The notes under the pieces were generated by a model that saw nothing but the letters and a program-made list of their open reading frames with translations, was not told where the DNA came from and ran no database searches. 64,000 nucleotides of DNA from Emiliania huxleyi CCMP1516 (taxonomy: Eukaryota): positions 62,001-126,000 of the forward strand of contig NW_005201403.1 in assembly GCF_000372725.1 (NCBI RefSeq), read 5' to 3'. Every line of letters starts with the position of its first letter. The first letter of the stretch is position 1. Both the position numbers and the translations under genes were made by a program. This document shows, in pieces, positions 24,983-36,582 of the stretch.

Positions 24983-25176
24983 GTCGGTGCCAGCGTGCGG
25001 AGCAGGAGCCGGAGCTGCAGGGCGAGTCGGCTGCACGAAAGAGTTTTTTCTGATTTTTTCTTTTCCCCCTGGATGCTCGGCTCCTGTTTCTTGTGCTTCC
25101 TTTTTTTCCCACAGCTGCCGTGCGGGGCCTCACTGGAGTGTTCAGGGTCAGGGCAGGAGGGGCGCCGCATGTCTGG

Positions 25177-25358
25177 ATGCTCGGCTCGCTGCTGTCGACG
25201 GCGAGCTTGCCGCATGGCGAGGCCCTCCAGCAGCTTCGCGTTTGGCTGCAGATCGTGAACGTGCTCCTCCTGCTCCACCTCCTCCGACGGCTCTCTTCCC
25301 TCGCAACGCTGCTCAAGGCGCTGCCTCGCTCCGGCTCCGACGCCACCGCCGCCGCCGT

Positions 25359-25393
<35 letters not shown>

Positions 25394-26430
25394 AGCACCT
25401 GGTCCCGCGCGTGCACCTTCGTTCGGTGCCGCCGCTCCCGCTGCAAGACGCAGATCAACGGGAGGCACTCGCAGCGCTTCGTGAGACTGTGCGCAAGAGC
25501 GTGGCGCGTGCAGGGATCTCGCTGGGTGAGGACGAGGAGGCGGTGCTGGACGACGACCTGGCCTGCTGCCGCTACCTGGTGGCGCGCGGCTGGGCCGTCC
25601 CTCCTGCTGCTGACATGCTGCACGCCGCCTTGCTGTGGCGGGTGCGCCGTTCGCCTCCGGGCCCGCTCTGCGACCTCGACTCGGCCGACGGCGCCTTTCT
25701 GCGGCTCGAGGGCGGCCGGGGCAAGGTCTACGTTCCGGACGGAGTGGACTGCCATGGGAGAGGCGTGCTCGTGCTCGACAACTCGGTGCAGCGCTCCGGC
25801 TCCTCGCTGCAGGCCTCGATGCGCTACTTCGCCTTTTGCATCCAGCTCGCGCTGCGGCAGGCGGAGCTCGCGCGCGCGCGTGGCGGTGGCGAGGGAGGGG
25901 CGCCTGCGCCCGGGCTGCAGGCCCCGCCGCCGGACAAGCTGCTGATCGTCATCAAGCTGCACCGCTTCTCGCTGCTCAACTCGCCGCCGCCCTCGCACGC
26001 CAAGGAGACGCTCGAGATGCTCATGAACCACTTCCCCGAGTCTGCGGGCCTCGCCGTCGCCTGCCCACGTCGGGCGTCCTCGCCCTTGCCCCGAGGCGTG
26101 TCGAGCCTCTCTCTAGGCCACATCATCGTCTACCGACCGCCGCGCGTGTTCTCCGGCCTGTGGGCCTTCTCCGCGAAGCTCATCGACGCGAAGATGCGCT
26201 CCAAGGTCCACTTCATCTCCGGATCCGTGGCCGACGGCTCCGCCAACGATGCGCTGATGCGGCGGCTGGCGGGCGACGGCTGGAAGCAGCTCTGCGGCTG
26301 CGAGCAGCCCTTCGTCTCTCCTGGCTGCACCGAGGGCTTCGAGCCGGACTCGTACTGGCGCGGCGTCGTGCAGCGCGATCGCGCGTGGAGCGCACTCCGC
26401 GGGCCGAAGCCGACGAAGGGGAGCACGTGA
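25177..26430 (+). CDS. CRAL-TRIO / Sec14-like lipid-binding protein
   Basis: DDLACCRYLVARGW...MLHAALLWR (CRAL-TRIO N); GVDCHGRGVL; LEMLMNHFPE..LGHIIVYRPPRVFSGLW...IDAKMRSKVHFI. Probable in-frame intron near 26044-26116. Confidence 0.85.
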
Positions 26431-26675
26431 CTGCCTTCCTCCTCTGGGGTCACCGTGCGCCCCCCACCCTAGATCGTATACGTTTTGCTCTCGTCGCGGG
26501 TTGCGCATGCACGCCGCTCCGTGGCTCTCTCTGACCTCTGTCCGTCTACATAGACAGCTGTATCAGCTCCTTACCGCCTACGTTTACGTCGACGTTCGGA
26601 CCGGCGTAAAGCCGTAGGGAGGAGGCCGTACGGTAAAAAGTGTACGGGGAGGTGGCAAGGTGGGGCTGGGCCCTA

Positions 26676-27250
26676 GAGGGTGTGGAGGGTGGGTTGAACG
26701 AAATCCGGGGACGCGACCCACTAGCCACTTCGCCACAGACGGTCCCGCGCCTCGCCGCTATGACGGCCGCACGACCGCAGCTCGTGTGCGTGCGGCCGTC
26801 TTTGTCCGGAGTGAATACTCAAACGCGCTCGTCGGTGACGGTGTCCCCGGATTTCGCCGCGCTCGGCGAACCTCGACAGCGCCGCTTCGGTGGCATGCAT
26901 CAAGCTGCTGTACGGCCCCGGCATCGCCTTCCCAGGCTTAGCTAGACTGAGAGATATTGTGGACATGGTTGGTCTCTACAATATATACACTGACACTGGA
27001 CCTCCCAGAGCTCGTCCCGGTCCGTCACGGCCATCCTCGGCCTCCGGAGGGCCCCCGGCCGCGGCGCGGTGCGGCGGAGTCACAAATCCAACGGCAGCAG
27101 AGCACCCGGGACGCGGTCGGGCGATCTAAGGCCCAGTGAGGCGTATGCATTGCCCATCCAGGACTATCACCTGGACCTATCAACAGGGGCTGGAGCCGAG
27201 CAGGAGGGCCCGGCGCACAACCCCTTGTTCAACTCACCCTCCACACCCCG
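26676..27250. mobile_element. TA-flanked MITE, Tc1/mariner-like (copy 1)
   Basis: TA|GAGGGTGTGGAGGGTGGGTTGAAC ... GTTCAACTCACCCTCCACACCCCG|TA; related copies at 38200-38757 and 44178-44464. Confidence 0.8.
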
Positions 27251-27469
27251 TAAAAAGCGGTGTATCACGATCCGCGGAGAATCTTGAATCTCCAACACAT
27301 TCCTCATTCGATTACGATTTTCGTATTTACTTATTTTTTCTCTTGATGTCGAGAGAGCTCGCACGTTGCCTCCTGCTCCTCTCGTTCGTACGGGGGGTCT
27401 CGTTCGTTCTTTTTACAGCTAGGAGCCCTGCCACAAGGCGCGGAGCGTGGGCCTGCCCGCTGCGCTCTC

Positions 27470-28985
27470 TCAGACGTCTCTCCTCTCTCTCACTTTTTCC
27501 TCTCTTGGACTCAGAGTCTTACCGCACGCCTCTGCCGCTCCCGCTCTGCGAGACTGCCGGCCGCGGACCTCGCAGGTAGCCGCCGCTGGAGTGCCTGCAG
27601 CCCGGCGCGTGCAGCACCTGCGCCTCGCTCGGGTCGTCCAGCTGCCCGCCGCACCTACCGGCACGCGAGGCGAGTGGCGAGTCGCAGGCCCGGTCTCGAG
27701 GTCTCGAGGTCTCGAGGTCTCGAGGCCGAGGCCGTGCCCACCAGGCCGTGCGCACCAGAGCGGTTGCGCGGACTCGACGGCACAGCTCTCGCAGGGGCGG
27801 CGACTGGCTCCTCTAAGACCGGCTCCTCTAAGACTGGCTCCTCTAAGACCGGCTCCTCTAAGACTGGCTCCTCTAAGACCGGCTCCTCTAAGACTGGCTC
27901 CTCTAAGACTGGCTCCTCTAGGGCGGCACAGCGGCAGCGGTGACGGCGCACCTCTCGCAGCACGAGGGGCAGCGGCGGCGATTGAGCGGCACCTCGCCGC
28001 AGCCGCCGAGGCAGACCTGCGCACGCGCGGCGGGGGGTGTGGGGCGCGGCGGCGTGGGCAGAGAGGGGCGGCGGGGCGGGGACGGCCGAGCTGCGCCTCA
28101 GCCCCCGCAGCAGCCGGCGGTGGCACGGAGGCGAGCGGCGCCGGCCAGGCGGCTCTAGAGAGCGCCTGAAAGGGGGAGGGGGGGAGGGGGGGGTGCATCC
28201 AGGGACGAGTGGGGAGGAGGCGTGGGTCTGTGGCGGCGGCCGGGGGGAGGGGGGGGGGGGGGGGTCGTCAGTGCCGGCGCAGACTCGACCCGCGGCTTGG
28301 CGTGGTGGGGCTCGGCGTGGTTGCCGCTCGTCAGCTGGTGGCCGCTCGTAAGCTCGGCGCCCGCCGCAGTCCTTCCAGCCGCAGGCTTTGGCAGCTGGCG
28401 AGGGGCGCGGAAGCCGCCGGCGCGCGGTGCGCTGTTCGCTGTCGTTGGCGGGCGGTGCCCAGGCCTGCGAGCGTGCGCCGGGAGGGCTGCTGTCACGCGA
28501 GGTCCGCGTCGCGCCGCTGTAGCGGTGCCCGGCCCTCGCCTCGCGGCCCGGAGGGAGGCGTCAGTCGGTGCGAGAGGCCGCCGGTGGGACTGAGCCGCGC
28601 CGAGCTCCCCACCGCCGGCCTGTGCGGGCGCCATCGGCACCGTCGACGAGGCTGCGCTCGGTGCGGCTGCGGCAGCCGCAGCGCCTGCCTGTGCGGCCGA
28701 CGGCGCGCCCACACTCCGCCGAGGCCGCTTGAAGGCGCCCGGGCCCGACGGCCGATGCATGGCGTAAACCGGGGGCGGAGCCGCGCCGATCGCGCCGCAG
28801 GCGACCGGCGTGGCCGCCACGGCCGCCGCCGCCGTCGCAAAGCCGTCGCTGGTGGCGGCGGCGGCGGCAGGCTCGAAGCAGCTGCCCGACGGGCCGTCGA
28901 CGCTCTTCAGCCACTCCTGGGCACGCGCCTCGCCGGCCGTGGAGATTGCGATCTTGCCGCCGGCCGCGGTGGCGAAGAGGCCCAT
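27470..28985 (-). CDS. Hypothetical multi-exon protein with N-terminal BRC-repeat-like motif (3' end uncertain)
   Basis: ORF 28155-28985 starts MGLFATAAGGKIAISTAGEARAQEWL; downstream introns hold poly-G and 15-bp repeats. Confidence 0.4.
27804..27920. repeat. 15-bp tandem repeat (GGCTCCTCTAAGAC[C/T]) x8, probably intronic
   Basis: Direct reading. Confidence 0.9.
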
Positions 28986-29747
28986 ATAAATTTTGAGACG
29001 GGCGGTGGCCGGAGCCGCCCGGCGCCCACCCCGGCGATTGCCCGGCGAAGCGGTGAAGCGGAGCGCGGAAGAATTTTATAACCATACCGCCTTAATTTTA
29101 TAGTCGAGCGGGGGCGGGGGCGGGGGCGGGGGCGGGGGCGCGCAGCGCGCGGCGCGCGCGTGCGGGCAACAGAGGGTAGGGGTGGGGAAGACGGCAAGGA
29201 GGGGGCGGCGGCGGCGGCGGCGGCAGCGCGCGCGCGGCGCGCGCGACGGAGGGGCGGAGCAGCGACCGCTGGCGCGGTCGCTGCTCCGTCTGTGCCAGGG
29301 ACGCGCGCTCTGCGCCGCTGCACAGAGCGCGTGTCCGGCAAGGGGGGGCAAGCGTGGCGGCGCGGGACGCGCGGCGGCGGCGGCGAGCAGCCGAGCGCTC
29401 CGTGCGCGGTGAGGCGGCCGGGCGAGGGCGGCGGGTGACGGGGCAAGGGATCAGCCCACACCCGGCCGTCGCTTTTTGAGTGAAGCGCGAGCGCGGAAGA
29501 ATTTTACCGCGTTCTGACTGTGGATAGGCCAACGTTGGTGCACTTGGTTTGTCTTTTCTTTCTTTCTTTCTAGGCTGATGGCCGCTTCTGTTGCTGGTAT
29601 TCAAATCGCATCTTAAAGAAACACGAAGAAAAGAAGCCTGCGTCCGCCATACGCAGGCATATTACAAACAAGCGAAACTCGAATTGCGGAGGGCAAAATA
29701 AAAGAAAACTTCGGGGCGGGAGGCTCCGGCCACTTTCCGCAACGAGA

Positions 29748-30200
29748 GTGGACCTGAGCAACGACATGACAGGGCGGGATATGCTCGCAGTGGGAGTCAG
29801 AAATGTGGTCCTTGCGCGAGGAATGCTCGATAAACTCGAGGGACCAAAATACGCGGAGAGGAGAGCGGACGGACTCCGCCAGAGTTACGCAGAAAGGCGA
29901 GAGAAGCAGCGAGAGCAAGGCAGACGGCAGCGGCGTCTCAGAACGAGGCCGAGGAGAGCGATGAGTCAGGGGAAGAGACAGCAGGAGAGAGAACGACGAG
30001 AGTGGGAAGAACGCGAGGTGGCATGAAGGTCGCTGCGAGAATTGGTGAGAAACTGCGGAGAGAGATAGGAAGTGGTAGACGCCCGAGGGTGTGGGCGACG
30101 GCTAGCACCACACTCCTCTCCTTAAAATCCATGTGTGGTGGCGGTGTGCCGTCCTCCCATCCCTCCCTTGGCCTACGTGCTTTGCGCCTTTCTTTTACTT
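29748..30200 (+). mobile_element. Degenerate retroelement-like 3' fragment ending in the GTGGTGGCGGCGTGCCGTCCTCCCATCCCTCCCTTGG module
   Basis: 30012-30130 is the reverse complement of 57895-58014; the terminal module recurs at 4940-4998, 42090-42330, 48110-48173 and 60853-60915. Confidence 0.5.
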
Positions 30201-30263
30201 CCCGCTCGACAGCCGCTCAGCGCGCTCGCCGCCATTGACCTAATCTGATACGCAACTGCCGGC

Positions 30264-31634
30264 ATGAGGCTCGTGAAAAATGTCGCGGGCGTCGACGGTC
30301 TCCACATCGCGCTCGACGCCTTTGGCGAAGCCGCCGAGCGGCGCCTCTTCGAGTCTCAGCGCATCCACGCGCCGCAGGAATCGCACGGACCAAACAGCGA
30401 TGCGGACGGTCGACGTGCCGGTCGGTGCCACCGCCCGCTGCCCGACGACGTCGACCTGTTTCGTGTATGCAACTTGGTCGGCGACTGCGGCCTCTATCCC
30501 GGCTACGTCACGCCCGACTACGTATACGCCATCACCTACCCTCCAAAAGCCGCCTTCAACAAGCACCTGGATTCGAGATACCGGTGGGGAGAGACTGTGG
30601 TCGGCGTCACGCTGGGGCAGGCCGGCACAGTCTACTTTGAGCCAAACACACAGGCGATCAAGGCTGCAGGCCCCCCCGCCGCCGCGCCGCCCGACGCCGG
30701 CGAGGCTGGCGGGGCCGACGCCTTCCGCGTGCGGATCAAGCACTATGACGAATCGGGATCGTTTGCCATCGAGCTGGAGCTGCCCCGCCGCTCCGTGTAC
30801 GTCATGAGCGGCGAGGCGCGCACGCTGTGGAAGCACGGCATCCGGCAACAGAAGCCTGGCTCCCTGCCACCGCCACCGCCGTGGAATCCCTACAACATGC
30901 GGCGCGCGCTGACGCTTCGCGCGACAAAGGCGTTCAGCGACGCATGCCTGCAGGAGCGGCTGCGGCAGGCGACGGACGAGGCCGAGCGCGCCGCTCTCCG
31001 GCGGCGCATCGCCGCGCAGGACAAGTTCCGGCCCCAGAGCAGCGCTGCGAGACTGAACGATCGCGACCTCGCCGAGCTGCGAGAGGAGGGCGAGCGGATG
31101 AGGCGGCACGTCGCGACGCAGCGGCACCGGCACGCTCGCTTCCCGCCGTCGGAGCTCCACTTCCCCCTGCCCGAGAGCGTGGCGTGCGGTGTGAGGGCGG
31201 CCGCAGACTCATGGCCGCCGAACGGGGGCTTGCGCCTCGGCGGCGCCGCCTCGCCGCTCGGGTCCGTGGCACTCGCCATCGAGGAGGAGGAGCTGCAGGA
31301 GGCGATCCGCGCATCGCTCCGTGCTGCAGGAGCGCCCGTCGCAACGGAGCCCGGCTCGAGCGCCGGCGGCGGCGGCGGCGGGGAGGGCGATCCGATAGAG
31401 TTGGACACGTCGGATGAGGAAGCGCCTTTGACGGCGGCGGCGGCGGCGGCGGGATCGGCTGCGGCTGAGACGGCTGGAACGCCAGGCCCACCCGCGGCAG
31501 CGGCGGCGGCAGCGGCGGCGGCAGGGACCAAGCGCGCGCTCGAGGCAAGACGCGCGGCTGAGGAGGACGGCGACGGGGAGGAGGAGCTTCGCCGCATGCG
31601 CGAGGCGCGGCTGGCGCGCCTCGGAGGGGCCTGA
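30264..31634 (+). CDS. AlkB-family 2OG-Fe(II) dioxygenase with C-terminal UIM/SIM/p97-binding-like motifs
   Basis: YPPKAAFNKHLDS (HxD), VVGVTLG, LPRRSVYVMSGEARTLWKHGI, RRALTLR. Single 456-aa ORF. Confidence 0.85.
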   Translation: MRLVKNVAGVDGLHIALDAFGEAAERRLFESQRIHAPQESHGPNSDADGRRAGRCHRPLPDDVDLFRVCNLVGDCGLYPGYVTPDYVYAITYPPKAAFNKHLDSRYRWGETVVGVTLGQAGTVYFEPNTQAIKAAGPPAAAPPDAGEAGGADAFRVRIKHYDESGSFAIELELPRRSVYVMSGEARTLWKHGIRQQKPGSLPPPPPWNPYNMRRALTLRATKAFSDACLQERLRQATDEAERAALRRRIAAQDKFRPQSSAARLNDRDLAELREEGERMRRHVATQRHRHARFPPSELHFPLPESVACGVRAAADSWPPNGGLRLGGAASPLGSVALAIEEEELQEAIRASLRAAGAPVATEPGSSAGGGGGGEGDPIELDTSDEEAPLTAAAAAAGSAAAETAGTPGPPAAAAAAAAAAGTKRALEARRAAEEDGDGEEELRRMREARLARLGGA

Positions 31635-32161
31635 GCAGCTGGGCCTGAGGGTCGGCTCAAGCGCCAGCACGTCGACGACACGTCGAGAATTGGGGGCGCG
31701 GCGTGCGTGGACATGGCATGCTCATGTGCTTGGGCGATGCGAAGCGTGGAATGGCTGAGACGGGGCCTCGGCTCACCGCGGCTACGCTGCATGCAATGCC
31801 TGCGGTCTCGGAAGAACTCACCTCGTTCGCCGCCGAAGAGACGCTGTGAAGTGATGCGGTATGCTACTGCAGAGATTACGTTTTTCCTGCACACGGTACT
31901 CTGACATCTGACTGGTAATCGAAGTGTGTGTGGCGCGCTGGCCATGCACCTCTGCACGGGCCTCCCCCCCCCCGTGTTCGGGTTCGCCCAAACGTTGCTC
32001 CCGCGCGCCGCGGCGCCTCGTTGACGTTAGTCTTTTTTACTTGTTGTGCATCTTTTCACGGTCCTCGGTCGCGACGGATGCGACCGGTACTGGATTCTAT
32101 TATGAGAGTCGTGCATGGTCTAACTACCAATGATCAGCACCGGCTGCACCTTCTGACCTTT

Positions 32162-34045
32162 TCAGCGGTCGGTCGGCAACTCCACCACAGTTGGCTCGTC
32201 CTCGTCCTCGTCGGCCAAGTCCACCTCGATGTCGATTCGGAAGCGCTCGAGGGCAAACGCGCGAAGCCTTGCGAGCTAATGCGGGGAGGGAAGGACGGGT
32301 TGAGAGGGGGAGGGCAAGCGACTCACAAAAGAGTGGGGGACACGCCTCGGCGGCGAGAGCGGGCGCGAGAGCTTGTTGCCCCTCCGCCTTGGCGAGCGGT
32401 TCCGCGCCCGCGCGCGCGGCGAGTCCGCCGAGCGCCGACCTTGAAAGCAAGGACCGCGGCGTGGAATCTAGCGGCTGAACCGGGCAAACGCCCCCCCCCC
32501 CCCCTCCCTCCCTCCCTCCCCCCCCCGTGCGCGCCGCAAGAAGTTGTCGGCCGAGAGCTCGTCGTCAAAGAAGTCGGGCGGCGCGAACGCGAGCTGCGCC
32601 AGCCGCGGCCCGGCTCAGGCGGGGTCCGGATAGGGGGGACGGCCAAGGGTGGAAGGGCAGCCACGGCCGAGGGGCATCGCACCTGCGCGCGGAGGGCCTG
32701 CACGAATCCAACAAAGAGCGCGGTGCGCGCCTAGACAGCACAAGCGTTGTGAGGGCGATTTCCGAAGCGGCGCCGAAAAGGCGGCGCCGAAGAGGACGTG
32801 TCGCGGGCCTTGAGCGCAGCCTCTAGGGTTAGGGTTAGGGTTAGGGTTAGTGTCGCGTGCCTTGAGCGCAGCCTCGCAGCCGCACAGGAGCGACACGAGC
32901 CGCTTCCACTGCTCGAGCGACGCGAGGCAGGAGAGGCGGAGGAAGAGCAGGAAGGACAGCTGCAGCTCGCCGAGCAAACCCGCCTCGCACGCGCTCAGCC
33001 CGTCGGCCGCGCGAGCCGGCGGCCGACTCGAGTCCGGCGGCGGAGAGTACTCGTGCGCGAGCAGCCAGCCGAGCCACTCGGACCGGTCGAGCAGAAAAGA
33101 GGTCAGTGCGCCGCCGCGTCGCCCGCCGACGCCACGGCTGCCGTCCGGGCGCAGCGCGTGAGGGTCCACCTCGACGTATCTCGCCGTGGCGGTGACCGCA
33201 GCTGCACCGCCACCGCACCCACCTCCACCCTCCGAGCCGCCTTCAGATGCGCCGCCACCTGCTGCGCCACCTATGGACATGTCCATGGCATGTCCGGGAC
33301 ATGTCCCGTAGGCCGCCTCCTGGTACGCCGCCGCCACCTGCTGCGCAGCTCCCCGCCCGCTCCCCGGCAGCGGCGGGTGCGGCCGGCGCTGCCACATTGG
33401 CTTCAGCCTGGACAGCTTCAGCCTGGGCGCAGCGGCTGCGGCGGCGCGCCGCGGAGGCGCCTGCCCCGGCAGGGAGGGCCTCGAGGTCTTCGGCTGCCGA
33501 GGGACCGACGAGCGTGGGCGGCGCGATGGCGGCCCGGGCGAGGGCCGCGGGCGAGATGTGCTGCGTGAGCGCGGCCCATTCTCCCCAAGTGCCCAGCGGG
33601 TACGGGCCGAGCGACGCGTCGAGCGAGAGGCTACGGGACGGCGGCGACCAGTCAGCGGGCGCGAGTGTCTCGATGCGTGGGCATCGATGGGTCGGTGGGA
33701 TGGGGCTTGGCGCCTCGATGTGGCGGCAGCGTGAGGTGCTGCCTCGGCGGGCGCCAGAGGCAGCAGCAACTCCACCGCCGCATCCCACCGGAACACGGCC
33801 ACCTCGGAGGGAGCGAGCGAGACGAAGCAGCCTGTGCGATCCATGTCGGTGCCAAAGACGAGGAAGTGGACGCCCTGCGTCGGGATCATCTTCATGCCGC
33901 CAAAGCGATCCCCGACGGTGTACGAGCGCAAGTCGACGCCAAACTCCCGGCCCGCGGGAAGGCCGAGGCACACCAGAGTGCCGCCCCGCTGCGTGAGCTG
34001 TAGCGCCTCCTCTGGGTCGAGCGACGGCACGTCTGGACCAGACAT
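32162..34045 (-). CDS. AAR2: U5 snRNP assembly factor AAR2 (multi-exon)
   Basis: GTLVCLGLPAGREFGVDLRSYTVGDRFGGMKMIP..VHFL; LLGELQLSFLLF...SLEQWKRLVSLLC; DFFDDELSADNFL; C-terminal DEDEDEPTVVEL. Stop at 32162-32164. Confidence 0.9.
32824..32850. repeat. Interstitial telomeric (TTAGGG)n array in an AAR2 intron
   Basis: TAGGGTTAGGGTTAGGGTTAGGGTTAG. Confidence 0.95.
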
Positions 34046-34230
34046 GCGAGCCGAACACACGACGGTTGGCGACGCTGAGCCTTAGCACCGGCACGCCAAC
34101 TGGGTTCCGGCTCCTACAGTAGCCAGATACTCGAGTAGGGGCTGCGGCTGACTCGCACCAAACCAATTGCGGCGCCAATCGCCAGTCGCCAGTCGCCAGT
34201 CGCCAGGCTCCGTGCCCCACCACCTACTCC

Positions 34231-34420
34231 CTGGGTTCCAACTTTTTCCGGGGTATGGTATGGTTGGGTCGCGCATGCCAGCTCAAGACCATACCCCCCC
34301 GCCTGCTGGCAGACCTGCTTGGGGGTATGGTAGGGCTAGTCTTGGCGGGCAGGACCATACCCCCTACCCCTTTGGGCCGCGACCCTACCATACCATACCC
34401 CGGAAAAAGTTGGAACCCTG
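34231..34420. mobile_element. 190-bp MITE-like hairpin upstream of AAR2
   Basis: About 43-bp TIR C[T/A]GGGTTCCAACTTTTTCCGGGGTATGGTATGGT[T/A]GGGTCGCG; no TSD seen. Confidence 0.75.
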
Positions 34421-34744
34421 GCCGCGCAGCGAAGCGAAAAATACCCGTTAGCCCTCTGTGAATACTCGAGTAGGCTCCCAGCGCCCGCCGCGCGCCGGCT
34501 TGTACCGCGGTGCGCGCCGCCCGCCAGAGCATGGCCTACTGGGCTCTCGAGGCGTTGGCCCCGTTCGCGGCTAAACGCGCCTACTCCCGCGCGAGCGAAG
34601 CGGTCCCCCCCCACACACACACACACACCACACCACCACACACACCACCCTACCTACCTATTGCGGGGCCCTCTGGGGCGGTCAAAACCGGACCTACCTA
34701 CCTATTGCATAGGGTCTAACCGGGGTCAACAGACCCCCGGGGAG

Positions 34745-35109
34745 AAGGAAGAGGAGAGACACCAGTGATGACGAAACAGAAGCTAGCGCAGACGAGAGCA
34801 GGGCAGACCCGGGGACTGGGGAGCCGGAGCAGACGGCATCGGCCGCCGAGGGAACGTTGGGAAGAGGCACGAGGAGGGCGGCGACCTCGACCGACTATGG
34901 AGGACCCGTCACCAGACGACGCAGGGCAGACGACGGGGAGGCGGAGCAGACGCGCAGGGCGAGACGAGGGAGGGAGCAGGACTTTGCGGAGATCAGCAGG
35001 AGGATGTACGAAGAGATTAGGAGCAACAGGGACCCGAGGGACCATGTGGAAGACGGCTAGTGCTAGTCCCCCATCGGGAGGACGACCCCGGCTAGTCGCC
35101 GACCACACC
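34745..35109 (+). mobile_element. Fragment of the same LINE-like element as 36677-37045, in inverted orientation
   Basis: Near-identical reverse complement of 36677-37022. Confidence 0.8.
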
Positions 35110-36460
35110 TGGCGGCGGGGTCGGCGTTGGTGTCTCGGGCGGCGGCGGTGAGGGCGGCGGCGGCGAGGGCGGTGGCAAGGACGAGGCCGGCGGCACAGGA
35201 GGTAGCGAGGGCGGGGACGGCGAGGGCGGGGGGTGGGGGGAAACGTTAGGCCAGACGGGCGGTGCAGAGGGAGGCGGCGGCGAGGGCGGCGGCGAGGGTG
35301 GAGGGGGCATGGGCAGCGGGGGCGAGGGCGGCAGCGGTGATGGCGGTGGCGAGGGTGGCGGCGACGGAAAGCCGATTACATCGACGTGTGGTTGCGCGGG
35401 CGAGGGAGGGGGACTAGGCAGCTGCGGTGGTGGTGAGGGCGGCGAGGGCGGTGGTGGGGGTGGCAGCGTGGGCGGCGACGGTGGACTTGGGGAAACATTA
35501 GGCCAGGTGGGCGGTTCGGAGGGAGGCAAAGCCGGGGAAGGAGGGGTCGGTGAAGGCGACGGAGAGGGCGGCGGAGAGGGCGACGGAGTGGAGGGTGGAG
35601 GCGAGGGGGGAGGGGGTGACGGGAGTGGTGTTATAGGCGGCGGTGGCGATGGTGGAGGCGGTGAGGGCGACGTTGGCGACATTGGCGGTGGTAGGGATGG
35701 CGGCGGGAACGGCGGCGGTGACGGTGGTGGTGGCATTAGGGGCGGCGGCGAGGGCGGCGGCGAGGGTGGCGGTGGGAACGGCGGCGGTATCGGCGCAGGC
35801 GCCTCTGGCGGCGGCGGCGAGGGCGGTGGAGGCGAGGGTGGCGGCGACATTGGCGGCCGTTCCGGCTTTGGCGGCGGCGGGGGTTGCGGCGAGGGAGGCG
35901 GCGGCAAGGGAGGCGGCGAGGGAGGCGGGGGCGACGGGAGTGGTGCAATCGGCGGAGGTGGCGAGGGGGGAGGCGGCGAGGGCGGCTGAGGCAAGGGAGG
36001 CGGCGAGGGAGGCGGGGGCGACGGGAGTGGTGCAATCGGCGGAGGTGGCGAGGGGGGAGGCGGCGAGGGCGGCTGAGGCGAGGGCGGCAGCGGGGCTGGT
36101 GGCGGAAGGGTCGGCGGCGGAGGGGCCGGCGAGGGCGGGAGCGAGGGTGGAGGGGGGCCCTGGGGTGGGAATCTATGGTAGGCTGGTGGCGAGGGCGGCG
36201 GCGAGGGTGGCGGCGGCGAGGGCGGCGGCGAGGGCGGCGGACGTGACGGCGGCGGCGAGGGCGGCGGTGGTGAGGGTGGCGGCGAGGGCGGCGGAGGCGA
36301 GGGCGGGAGCGAGGGTGGAGAGGGTGTGTTGGGGGGGAATTGAAGGATGGCTGGCGGCGAGGGCGGCGGCAAAAAGGGCGGCTGCGAGGGTGGTGATGAG
36401 GGCGGCGGATGTGACGGCGGCGGCGAGGGTGGCGGTGGTTGACGGGTATCAAATTCTTCC
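35110..36460 (-). pseudogene. Orphan Pro/Ser-rich (extensin/pherophorin-like SPPPP) exon, truncated
   Basis: Open (S)PPPP frame with internal repeats (PPxWPNVSP); no clear start, and it runs into the LINE fragment at 35109. Confidence 0.5.
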
Positions 36461-36582
36461 CTACAAAGAGGCCAACGGACCCGAGAAGTACGCACATACG
36501 CGCGGCCACACACGACGACCGACATGAAGAGGGATGCACATGCACATGTGCATGCACAAGCACATGTGCATGTCATGTGAAC

